Position numbers and translations under genes: made by a program. A DNA stretch of 63,654 nt, the filler included, from Stramenopiles sp. TOSAG23-2 (Eukaryota): assembly GCA_900128395.1 (NCBI GenBank). It is 22 parts of 22 records of this genome, joined end to end, with 100 filler letters (N's around TTAATTAATTAA, not from the genome) between each part and the next. Parts side by side here need not be neighbours in the genome. Positions count along the whole stretch, not along the records: positions 23,329 to 26,131 come from LT651518.1; positions 26,232 to 29,034 come from LT651519.1; positions 29,135 to 31,928 come from LT651520.1; positions 32,029 to 34,822 come from LT651521.1; positions 34,923 to 37,716 come from LT651522.1; 17 more parts are not named here. One strand, given 5' to 3'. The notes beneath the pieces were generated by a model that saw nothing but the letters and a program-made list of their open reading frames with translations, was not told where the DNA came from and did not search any database. Below, in pieces: positions 24,306 through 35,149 of this stretch (position 1 is its first letter; each line of letters opens with the position of its first letter).

Positions 24306-24544
24306 TGGTTATTAATTAGTGAAGCTAAAAAGGTAAATGTTTTGGTATATTTACGACATTTGTGACATTTGTACAAGCGTATATAGTATAGAAAAATCGA
24401 CAGGAATATTTGCACCTATATATAGCTCTATTTGCACCTATAGCTCTCCAATACGAAGCCGGGCCGTATTCCTGTTGATTATCGGAAATTGATCTAGAAA
24501 AGTATTACACTTTTCTAGATCTCAATTTTTCCTCATCTAAACTT

Positions 24545-24912
24545 CATACATGTGTATAAAACATGTATATGATCAATATTTAGATCAATAAAACGCATCG
24601 AATATCATATTTAGCCATAATATAAATATGTTCGGTAATGTTTTAATGTCTGAATTGCATACACCACCTTCTTTATAAAATTAAAAGTAGAATACTCAAT
24701 ATACGTGATATATAATGCTATTGTCATACTAATACAATAGTGCTATTTATATGCTAATTGTATTTGTCAAAGTGAGTATGCGTTTAATAAATACATACAT
24801 AAAATAAACAAAATAATCACTCAAGATAATGTTTATATGTATCTAAATATGATATTCGATGCGTTTTATTGATCTAAATATTGATGATATACATGTTTTA
24901 TACACATGTATG
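24545..24912. mobile_element. MITE/foldback-like element with 70-bp terminal inverted repeats
   Basis: 24545-24614 and 24843-24912 are reverse complements with 1 mismatch, around a 228-bp non-coding interior. Confidence 0.65.
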
Positions 24913-25301
24913 TGTAGATGTACCATTTTCAAATAGCATCGGAATAGCATTGATATACACAACATCAAAATTTAACATATATTATTCAATTATTCATGGT
25001 TTTATACGGTATTTGATAGTCAATATATATTATTTAGTATAACAAATATTTGCACTTTATTCAAAAATCAGTGTTGTGTGGGCGTAATCCCGCCAGCAAA
25101 AAAATAGCATAGACACAGCATGAACCCGAGTGTCCAAATTTATATCTTATTGGGATATTGTATATATACAGTATTTGTATAACTTTTATCTCGTATTTTT
25201 GATTATATATATATTCAGACTATGATAATGATGAATATCAATATGATATAAAATATTCTGTCTTCGTCGCGTGAACCAAACTGAAATTTACATATCACAT
25301 C

Positions 25302-26131
25302 ATGCCGAAATCAACTGTTCCAACAGTTGTTGGTAAAAGAAAAAAGATTCCGAAGAAAATTTTCGAATCTATGTCAGCGACGGAGCACAATGCTTTATTG
25401 AGGAAAAAAATAGCAGAAGAAACAAAACCAACTCCGAAAAACGTGACGAAGTCTCACTTGAATCCACCAGATTCACATATTGAATTTATATTAAATGCAA
25501 AACGTGGCGATCGAACAAATTTTGGTGGAAAAGACGTCGAAGTAGTTAAGTGCGATGAAAACAATGTATATTTAAGAAGATTGATATTTGGTAAAAGAGG
25601 CAAAGATGGTAAAAGAGGTAAAGAATATTTTGGGGAAAAATTGAAGCCCATTCAGCGACCGAAGAGTCCGTTACCTTGCGATGCAAATGTTGGATCAGTG
25701 TACTGGGTTGTTGTTTTAAAGTGTGTTGAAAGAATTTTTTACCGAGCACGTGTTGTAGCTGTGATTGATGACCGAACATTTAAAGTAAAATTGGAGCTAC
25801 ATAAAGTCAAAAGTTTTTCCAAAGGGGTCAAGACAATAAAACATAACGGTACTTTTGATCCGAATTTTTTGCAGCCAATAACTTTTATACCAAGACGCTT
25901 ACATTTACCAGGAAAAGATTTACCGAATCAAATCATTAATGCTCGTAGCCACGTTAACAACAACATTAAAAATAGTAATCCCAAAACCTTTTCAACTCGT
26001 AGTGGTAAAATATACACACCATTCACATTGGATAAAAATAATACGAATGTAACTGATAGAAGCACGAATAATAACGTAAACTTGAATAAGAATGGGAATG
26101 ATGGTGAAAATAAAGAAGAAAAAATGGACGT
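25302..26131 (+). CDS. Unknown basic protein with a possible Tudor/Agenet-like barrel, 3'-partial
   Basis: ATG-started ORF open to the contig end, with NLS-like KRKK. GSVYWVV...FYRARVVAVIDDRTFKVKL resembles a Royal-family barrel. Confidence 0.6.
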
Positions 26132-26551
26132 NNNNNNNNNNNNNNNNNNNNNNNNNNNNNNNNNNNNNNNNNNNNTTAATTAATTAANNNNNNNNNNNNN
26201 NNNNNNNNNNNNNNNNNNNNNNNNNNNNNNNGATATTCTTAGTTTATTCATCAAAATAACTATTGGCTATTTTTGGATTTTTTGTACATATGTAATTTCC
26301 ATTATTATACCTTAACCTCATTATTCTATCAAAATGTTCATTCAACAAGTTCACACAATTCACAACCACCAAGCCCGGCAAGAGAGCCTCAAATCTCAAA
26401 TTAAAATAGCCACATACATGTATATAGAATATAGAGATAATAACAAACTAGAAAATAAAAACAAAGATAATTGCAATAAAGAAAGAAAAAATAATAAAAA
26501 AAAACACAGATATAGATATAGATAGAATTTTAGAAAAGGGGGAAGAAAAAA

Positions 26552-26795
26552 ATGTTAAATAAAAAATTATTATTATTAAATGAAGAAGAAAATGAAATTA
26601 AATATGGTGCTATTATTGATGATGAGGAAAAAGTGGTAAAAGATCATCAGAATATATATTCCAACAACAATGAAATTGATCGCGATCATGATAAATCATT
26701 TGAAGAATTGAAATTTATGATCAACTATTTAATTATACAACCATTTTTAAAAAATAGTTGTTGTAAAAGCGATAATAATACTAGTTCATCTAAGT

Positions 26796-26826
<31 letters not shown>

Positions 26827-28636
26827 TAGTAAAAACAATAATCAAAAGAGTTTCATTCGATTACATTTAATTTTAGTTCTAGCATTTGGTATTGGTATGG
26901 AATGTACAGCTTCCCTTGTTATGTCTACAAATGGGGAATTTTATCGTTCAATAACGTCTGGTGATAAAAAATCATTTTTATCAAATCTAGCATTAGCATT
27001 GATTATTGTTTTCTTTGTTGCTATACAAAAAGCATGTAAATTAATTTTTAAAGAAATGGTTGCCTTGCATTGGAGAAAACATTTAGTGAAAATACAAACG
27101 GAGAATTACTTTAATAAAGAATCATATTATTATGGTAAAAATAAGATAAATACACAAGATCAACGTATCAGTCAAGATACAGATCGTTTAACAATAGCAT
27201 TATCGGAATTATATGCTGGCTCCATCGTCATTCCAGGTGTAATTGTATATTATACAATACGTTTAATATATATGTTTAATTGGATTGTACCATTATCATG
27301 TTTCATTTTCTTTATATTTGGTTCATTTTTTACTTGGTTAACAGTTAGACGTGTTGTCCCATATGTTGTTCAACAAGAAAAATATGAAGGCTTATTTCGA
27401 TATAATTTATTTTGGATACAAAAACATGCTGATTCAATTATCTTACTAAATAGTAAGAGTAAGAATAGTGAAAGTAGAAAAGATGATGATAAAAAACGTA
27501 TTTTATCCTCGTTTGACAAGATTATTGATAATCAACTTGAAATTATTTACAAACATTTACCAATGTATGTAACATCGCAATTGTTTGATTATTTAGGTGC
27601 TATTATAAGTTATGCTGCATTGGGAATATTTATATTATACACAACATCAAGTGGAAATATGAATGATCACGATGCATCAAAAGTAGCTGAAAGAGTTAGT
27701 AAAGGCACATTTGCTATATTGTATTTAATAAGTTCATTTACATCCTTATTTGATTTAAATAATTACGCTTCAGAAGTTGTAGCATATGGAAAACGTGTAA
27801 AACCAATGTTATTATTGTCATTTGAAGAAGATGTGGGTGGTTTAAACTCTGTTGCAACAATAACAACAACACAAGTATCAACTTTGAAAAATCAAAATGA
27901 AGATTTATTACAATTAAGGAATGTAACTATTGCTGTGCCATTACCTGGTGATGGTGATAATAATAATAATAATAATAATGAAATTCTAGCAAGGAATATT
28001 AATTTAAAGGTTAAAAGAAATAAAAATGTATTAATTACTGGGCCAAGTGGATGTGGTAAATCCTCATTAATTAAAGTTATAGGTGGAATATGGAAACCTT
28101 TGTACGGCACAATACATCTAGTGAAGACAAATAATACAGGTATATATATATCGCCACAAGAACCATATATATTTCAAAGTTCATTTGAATCGCTGTTATT
28201 TTATAATATGAAACAACATAAATATATGACGGATAATAAAAAGTATTTATTACATGTTATGAAATTGTTAAATTTAAATATTTTATTAAACCGTTGTAAT
28301 GGTAATTGGAAAAAACTTCATAATTGGCCTAATGAGTTGAGTAGAGGAGAGAAACAACGAATATCAATTGCAAGAGTATTGTTAAATAAACCAAAATTGG
28401 TTATATTGGATGAATCTACTAGTGCATTAGATGTCAATATGGTAAAAAAAATATACAAACAATTTGCAATTGATAATATTACAATTATTACAGTTGGTCA
28501 TTATATTGAACATTTAAAAGGATTTCATCATGTTCTATGGAACTTTCAATATGATAAAGAAGAAGAAGACGACGACGAGGTAGAAAAGGATTATATTCGT
28601 CAGAGTTATAAAATTAATACAACAACAAATTTTTAA
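26552..28636 (+). CDS. ABC transporter subfamily D half-transporter (ABCD4-like)
   Basis: TMD with DQRISQD and EKYEGLFRY, Walker A GPSGCGKSS, signature LSRGEKQRISIAR and Walker B VILDESTSALD. Confidence 0.92.
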
Positions 28637-29542
28637 ATTTATCATATGTTACGCACTGAACACACAAAAGTATTTTCTGTTTTTTATTCAATGTTGGTTA
28701 AAAGACTTCCCATGGAAAATACTACACGCTCAAATACTTAATCTCAGGAATAAATATAAATGTTTTTTAAAAATCCCTTATTCTCAATCTAAGAAAAGGA
28801 TTTACTCCCTCTACTATAATAAAGCTCTCACATGCGCCGCCGCAAAATATTAATTTATAAAAAGTTTTTTTATTTTTATATAATATCTATATATAAATAT
28901 ATTATGTACAAATTCAATGTGTGAATATCGAGATATCCACATACACACATGTACAACAAGAATTACACGTGTTCGCCGTTCATAATTCTTTTTTTTTTCG
29001 TGCGTGTGTGTTTCATATTTTATTTGAACAACCANNNNNNNNNNNNNNNNNNNNNNNNNNNNNNNNNNNNNNNNNNNNTTAATTAATTAANNNNNNNNNN
29101 NNNNNNNNNNNNNNNNNNNNNNNNNNNNNNNNNNACAATGACATGATTGAATTATAAAAAAAGCAAAAAACAAAATTCCATTTTCTCTATATGATATTAT
29201 ATATTAATTGAAACAAATCGAGAGAGAAGAAGGAAAACTAATTTAATGATCGAGTGTGGTGTGTGTGGTGTGGTATAAAGTGGGTACGTACATAAAAAAG
29301 CAAAAGCAAACACTTAAAAAAATACAATGTATAGCGCACAGTATTTTACTTTGTAAAATACAACAGATCACATATATTCGTGTTTTAGTGTACTTTCTCT
29401 CCAAATAATCTCACGTCATCTTGTCTCTCTCCCTCTGATATTACCAAGATCAGTGGTGGGAATAGATGGAAATCTATACGTAGCATTATGGACCGACAAA
29501 TTATACACCGTAATTTTTTATATATTTTTTTTCACGCTTTTA

Positions 29543-31021
29543 TCATATTGGTTTTAATTTCTTTTTCTTTGCCTTTTTCTTCCCTTTCTTTATTTTTGCA
29601 TTTAAACTGTTAGCTTCATCTTGATGATTACTTTTCGATTTTATTAAACCAGCCCTTAATTTATTAACAACTGATAAACGTTTCCAATTGGCTTTTCCAG
29701 TACGTCTTGTCATCTTCGATTTGTTTTTATTCATAATCATTTTTAGACGTTCTTGTGGCGTAAACATAGTATTGCTTGCAACTTTTTTATAATTTTTAAA
29801 TTCATTTTTTAACTTTTCATGTTCAACTTTTAATTGATCAAATTTTTCTTGAATTGAACGTGCTTTATTTGATGCAGACCCTTTTGTATTTTGTTCTGAT
29901 GCTTTTAATATTTCTAATAACAATGCTTTATCATCCACTCCATTGTAATCTAATGCTAACATTTCTATCGTTCCATTCTGTTTCATCATATCTAGTAAGA
30001 CTTTACTACCTTTATTTGATAAATAATTATGTGATAATAATAAAACTTTTAACGTTCTGTTTTTTTCTATATTTTTTTTCATACCAATTGCACCAGTTGC
30101 GGTTAAATAATTATGTGATAAATCTAACACTCTCAGAGATGTATTTGTAGTTAAAAATTGTGTTACTATTCGTACGTCTTTGGATTTTAACTCACAAAAA
30201 GATAATATTAAACGTTTCACGGAAGTATTTGTTCGAAGTGCTTCGGATAATAATTCTAATTCATGCCTTTCAAATCGCCTACCTCTAAAATTCAATACGG
30301 CTTTACTTCTATTTAATGATAAATCAACACAAACTGCTTCCATATCAACCTTCAATGGAGTACCATCAACTTGTAAAATATCTTTTGTATCATCTAAATC
30401 ATATGCTTTGGTAATTATTTCTTTTGCTTTTTCCTCCAACTTTTTCTTTTCATCAGTTTTGGATGAAGTATTATCAGTATTTTCATCATCATCATCTTCA
30501 CTATCATTAGATTTATTTGCATGAAATGGATTTGAAAATACTGATATTTTATCAATCGTAGTTTTAGTAGAAGATTGCGGTGTTGCAAATGGTGAAACTT
30601 TTTGTTTCATGTGTGATGCTGATATTTTTGATGGATCATCATTATCACCATGTTTTAGTGATGATAATGCTTTTTCTACTTTTGATGCATTGAATCTAAA
30701 TGTTTGTTGATTAAAATGTGTTTGACGTTCCTTTCTTGTCATTTTTTTTAATTGATCAAATGTTTCCAATCCAGGTTCATGTTTTTCCATTTTTGCATTG
30801 TATGCCGTTGCTACAATTTCGTCATCATCATCTACCTCCCAATCAAATGCCTCTATTACTCGTGGCAATTCATACATTTGACTAATGTTTTCATCATGTG
30901 CCATATGCCTTTCCAATGATCGTTCATTTTCCATCATTAATAAACGTAATATTTCCAATTGTACTTCCCCACCAACCATACCATGTTTTGCGCCAGGTGG
31001 TGCCTTTCTAAGGTAGCTCAT
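29543..31021 (-). CDS. RI-type LRR protein with basic coiled-coil C-terminus
   Basis: 28-aa LRRs (NTSLRVLDLSHNYL, NRTLKVLLLSHNYL). The first ATG is at 31021. Confidence 0.85.
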   Translation of the reverse strand: MSYLRKAPPGAKHGMVGGEVQLEILRLLMMENERSLERHMAHDENISQMYELPRVIEAFDWEVDDDDEIVATAYNAKMEKHEPGLETFDQLKKMTRKERQTHFNQQTFRFNASKVEKALSSLKHGDNDDPSKISASHMKQKVSPFATPQSSTKTTIDKISVFSNPFHANKSNDSEDDDDENTDNTSSKTDEKKKLEEKAKEIITKAYDLDDTKDILQVDGTPLKVDMEAVCVDLSLNRSKAVLNFRGRRFERHELELLSEALRTNTSVKRLILSFCELKSKDVRIVTQFLTTNTSLRVLDLSHNYLTATGAIGMKKNIEKNRTLKVLLLSHNYLSNKGSKVLLDMMKQNGTIEMLALDYNGVDDKALLLEILKASEQNTKGSASNKARSIQEKFDQLKVEHEKLKNEFKNYKKVASNTMFTPQERLKMIMNKNKSKMTRRTGKANWKRLSVVNKLRAGLIKSKSNHQDEANSLNAKIKKGKKKAKKKKLKPI

Positions 31022-31638
31022 TTTTTTTAACAAGATACACACGAATGTGTATTTGGCTTACTTTATTAATATATATATATATATATATGACCCAAGTTAA
31101 AATATAAAAAGAAAAGTGTGTGTGTCGTGGTTAGCTAGTTCAGACTAGATATGGTTTCAGTAAAAAATTATAATAAAATTAATATATTATATGTGTGCGT
31201 GCGTCTTAATTTTATAATATACTGTATATATTGTTTTTTGATTAAGCCAATATCTGTACCCTTCTGTGTATTTTTTGTTATAATAATATAAATAATAACG
31301 TTTCTATGTATGTTATACATGTGTGATGTGTCCCAGTTTGGCAAAGAGGATTCTCTTTGAGTTTGGCTGCTTTTTTGTTAAGCAACCTTAAAATTAAAAA
31401 TTTGTCAGAGAACTTTCACATAATGGTAAATCCATGCTAATGTTAAAAAACTTCTGCCTAGTCTGCGTCGTCAGACTCTAACTTCTGCCAATCTGCCAAT
31501 TTAAATTACCTTAACCTGTGGTAAATTACAAAATGTTATTTTTGTGTGATATGGTGTGTGGTAATACAATGTGTATATGGCGGAAAAAACACCCCCTATA
31601 CTAATAAGTATAAAATACAAGAAAATTATTATATTTTT

Positions 31639-31928
31639 TTATGTTAAATCTATTACCTCTTCCTTATTGAAATTATTATTGTTATTACGACTTGATTGAT
31701 CGATGGAAGTATTTGTTGTTGCTGTCGTCGTCGTCGTTGTTGTTGTTGTTGGGATTGGATTAGACCTTGTAGTATTCGTATTATTCGCATTAGTCTTATT
31801 GTTCCTCTTTTGTTTTGTTTGACACATTGTACAGATCATTGTACGATTGTTGATATTTTCAAAGGTACATAAATGACAGATAAAATTGTTAGTATTATTT
31901 TTCATCCTTGTGTCATCCTTTCCATTAT
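31639..31928 (-). CDS. C-terminal fragment with RanBP2/NZF zinc finger and SIM-like tail, 5'-partial
   Basis: FICHLCTFEN...ICTMCQT, followed by terminal EEVIDLT. Confidence 0.75.
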
Positions 31929-32220
31929 NNNNNNNNNNNNNNNNNNNNNNNNNNNNNNNNNNNNNNNNNNNNTTAATTAATTAANNNNNNNNNNNNNNNN
32001 NNNNNNNNNNNNNNNNNNNNNNNNNNNNTTTATGGTAAAGATATGTATACCTTGGTCAATTGTCATGTTGTTTATATATATGAATATGTATATTAAGAAA
32101 GACTGTAGAAAATGAGTATAATTTGTTTATTCTTTAAATAGTAAAGTAAAAAGGTTCGATTAATTAAATATAATAATATATAGTATATAGTAATATTGTA
32201 TTATTGTATTATAATTATTC

Positions 32221-32587
32221 TAGAAGCACTACTGCAAGTGGTACTATATATGGGATACAACACAGCACAAACGGCCGTTTGTTCTTTTAGTGCCGAAGGC
32301 GCCGTGTGTTTACCTTAAAATTATATTCTGTGCCGCTGGCTAAGTCATCTTTTTTACACATGTATAGTCATAAACTAAGAGGCTTAAATCCTATCTGTAG
32401 GTGGCAAAAAAAAACATGTCGTCCTCATTTTTTGTACGACTTAGGCAGTATAAATATACTTAATTTACATTCCTATATGTTAGAAGCACTACTGCAAGTG
32501 GTACTATATAATAATTAGTCTAATAATAATAATAATTATGATGTTATATTCTGTGCCGGTGGCTAAGTCATCTTTTTTACACATGTA
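32221..32587. repeat. Bipartite direct repeat
   Basis: 30-bp TAGAAGCACTACTGCAAGTGGTACTATATA at 32221 and 32481. 44-bp TTATATTCTGTGCCGSTGGCTAAGTCATCTTTTTTACACATGTA at 32321 and 32544. The spacers differ. Confidence 0.85.
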
Positions 32588-33562
32588 CACATTAGTTGAT
32601 CTTCATTCAACGCAATGTAGTAAATGACGAATTTCTTGTCCTCCGGGTGAATAAACAGATTTATTCCAGTGAGACAATGTCACACCTTCGAAACCCACCG
32701 TATCTGTCAAAATCAAATATTGGAAGGTTGGTTGTTGTCAATACTTCGAATCGTCCATTGTCAACCACGTAAGCATCTTCATTCCACGTTGACACGATAA
32801 TTTCATCAATACCTGGTGGAGGAGACATGTTTCTATTGTTTTTATTTATGTTTTTCTTTAAACGGATTCTAATAGTTGTATCTACGTAGTATTAATATTT
32901 AATGTACTACCTTGGTTGTGTGTTGTATTGTATACTATTATAAGTAAATATATATATGTATTTCTAAATGAAGTAAGAAATTATTTTTTTTTTTTTTTAG
33001 CTCAATAACAGCAACACACCATTACTGTCCACAAGCCAATACAACATAGCATTACAGTGGGGGACGATTGTGCTGTGTACCTGTTATTAAGCGACAACTG
33101 TGCTGTGTTCCTGTTGTTACGGTACATACAGGGACACAGCAAGTAGGAAGAAAAAAGAAAGGCATATAGGACAGTTGGAAATGTATTAATATTGGAATAG
33201 CTTTGTGTGAGTTCGATAGAAAAACTGATTCTTTAGTAAAATTCGCGATTTTACCAAAGACACGTTTCGAAAAATCTATGTGTGTGGGCCTCGAAGCTCA
33301 AAGTATTACTTGTCCTATCAAAGTGTACAGGGATGGCGTACTTGTGGAAAAAGTTTCAAAAACAGTGTTGTTTATGTACAGAAGTAGTAGTAATATCTAT
33401 ATATAAATAAATTCTACACAAATATATATAGATACATACACAACATATGGAAGAATCAAAAATAGTACTTATTGGAACCGTACAACTAGTTCAATATATA
33501 ATAAACGTAACAATATTTACTATTTATTTATCTATATCTATTGCATCATTTGTGTTAATACA

Positions 33563-34075
33563 ATGGCATGCAAACGCAAAAAAAAGGTTGATTTTAAAGA
33601 AATCGAAACACTGGTAAATAGAATTAACGCCAGGGAACACGAAATTGAACAACACATTGAAACGTTGTTTCAGTTTATGATAGAAGGGGAGTCTTACGAT
33701 GTGGACATGGGCATCAAGGGTATTAGTAAAACAAGCAGCAACCGAATTAATCGACAGAGACTGAATTTTATCAAAAGGTTGGCAGATGTTGCAAACGAAT
33801 ATTTTGAGAGGGATACAACCTATCTAATCAAAGTATACAGTCAATTATATTTGGAATTGGAAAAAACTGAATATATCAAAAAGATTGAACGATACAGTTC
33901 CATGCATCTGCTATTTTTTTTGCTTTCTTCCGTTTCTTTTCCAAGTCACGTTTCTCTTTCTTTTTTTTCCGTGCATCTGCTTTTCGTTGTGCATCAAGTT
34001 GTTTCTCTTTCAACTTATCTTTTTTTTTTTTCTGCAAATCTGCTTTCTTCTTTTTCAACTCATTTTCAATTATGA
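33563..34075 (+). CDS. Orphan helical protein; only the first ~113 codons look coding
   Basis: ATG-started ORF. The tail is the antisense of the Lys-rich ORF 33876-34256. Confidence 0.4.
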   Translation: MACKRKKKVDFKEIETLVNRINAREHEIEQHIETLFQFMIEGESYDVDMGIKGISKTSSNRINRQRLNFIKRLADVANEYFERDTTYLIKVYSQLYLELEKTEYIKKIERYSSMHLLFFLLSSVSFPSHVSLSFFSVHLLFVVHQVVSLSTYLFFFSANLLSSFSTHFQL

Positions 34076-34256
34076 TTATTGCTTTATTACAGTTTCCTTT
34101 CTTCCTAGTTTCAGCTGCTGCATTGTTGAAAGCTTCACCTTTTTCACTTCCACTTCTGTTTTTCCGCAATTGCATTGATGGAGACACGATCAGACTTGAC
34201 CTCCCATTAACTTCTTTTCTTCTTCTATTACTTTTTCTATAGCTTTTTACCTCCAT
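33876..34256 (-). CDS. Orphan Lys/Arg-rich protein
   Basis: 126-aa ATG ORF, highly basic and coiled-coil-like. Confidence 0.4.
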   Translation of the reverse strand: MEVKSYRKSNRRRKEVNGRSSLIVSPSMQLRKNRSGSEKGEAFNNAAAETRKKGNCNKAIIIIENELKKKKADLQKKKKDKLKEKQLDAQRKADARKKKKEKRDLEKKRKKAKKIADAWNCIVQSF

Positions 34257-34650
34257 ATTACCTTTTATTAATACTTTATCAGCTATGGCTACTTTGTTTT
34301 TCTTTATATTTATAAATCAACAACAACTTGTTTACTTACTATATTTATAAATATATCAACTAATTCTTTCTCAATTTATTCTTTTCTTCTGCTTCTTTTA
34401 CCTTCTTTACTACTTATTCTTTTCAAATTTAGTATATACCAAGTCACAATAATAAACATCGATCAATTCCTCCCATGTTATTCCCATGTTATTCCTCTGT
34501 TTTTTTCAGACACTGATAAGAATATCTTTTTATAACAGCTACCTTGGTAAAAATCGGGAATTTACAAAAGAAGTCGTTTCTTTAATTTCAATTTAATACA
34601 ATATCAAATATACATGTATTATAATGTAAATAAACAGATTCTTTTGATAG

Positions 34651-34822
34651 ACATTTGAGTTACCTGCTATTACGGCTTATTTCGCTTGGACATTTGATTT
34701 ACCTGCTATTACGGCTTATTTGAATGGAACATTTGATTTACCTGCTATTACGGCTTATTTGAATGGAACATTTGATTTACCTGCTATTACGGCTTATTTC
34801 GTTTGGACATTTGATTTACCTG
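34651..34822. repeat. 39-bp minisatellite, at least 4.4 copies, runs off the contig
   Basis: ACATTTGATTTACCTGCTATTACGGCTTATTT plus 7 variable nt, starting at 34651, 34690, 34729, 34768 and 34807. Confidence 0.95.
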
Positions 34823-35149
34823 NNNNNNNNNNNNNNNNNNNNNNNNNNNNNNNNNNNNNNNNNNNNTTAATTAATTAANNNNNNNNNNNNNNNNNNNNNN
34901 NNNNNNNNNNNNNNNNNNNNNNATTAAATGAATATTATTGCCCAGAAGATTATGCATTGTGAGGGAACGAGGTGGAGAGGGAATTATTAAGAGAGTGTTA
35001 CATTCAGGGTGTTACATTTTACAATATATAAGAAAAAGTGTTTTGTACACATGTTTTAAGATTTTTAGAACATTTTATATTATCATATGATATCTTATTT
35101 TTTTAACATTTTTGTCTTTTTTTATATTTTTTCATTTTTTTACCACTCT

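Noticed and set aside
26795..26823. (AAT)n, (TA)n and (CT)n microsatellites, including poly-Asn tracts
   Set aside because: These are ordinary slippage repeats of an AT-rich protist genome.
34651..34822. CRISPR array
   Set aside because: The variable parts are only 7 bp and are repeated, there are no cas genes, and the context is eukaryotic.
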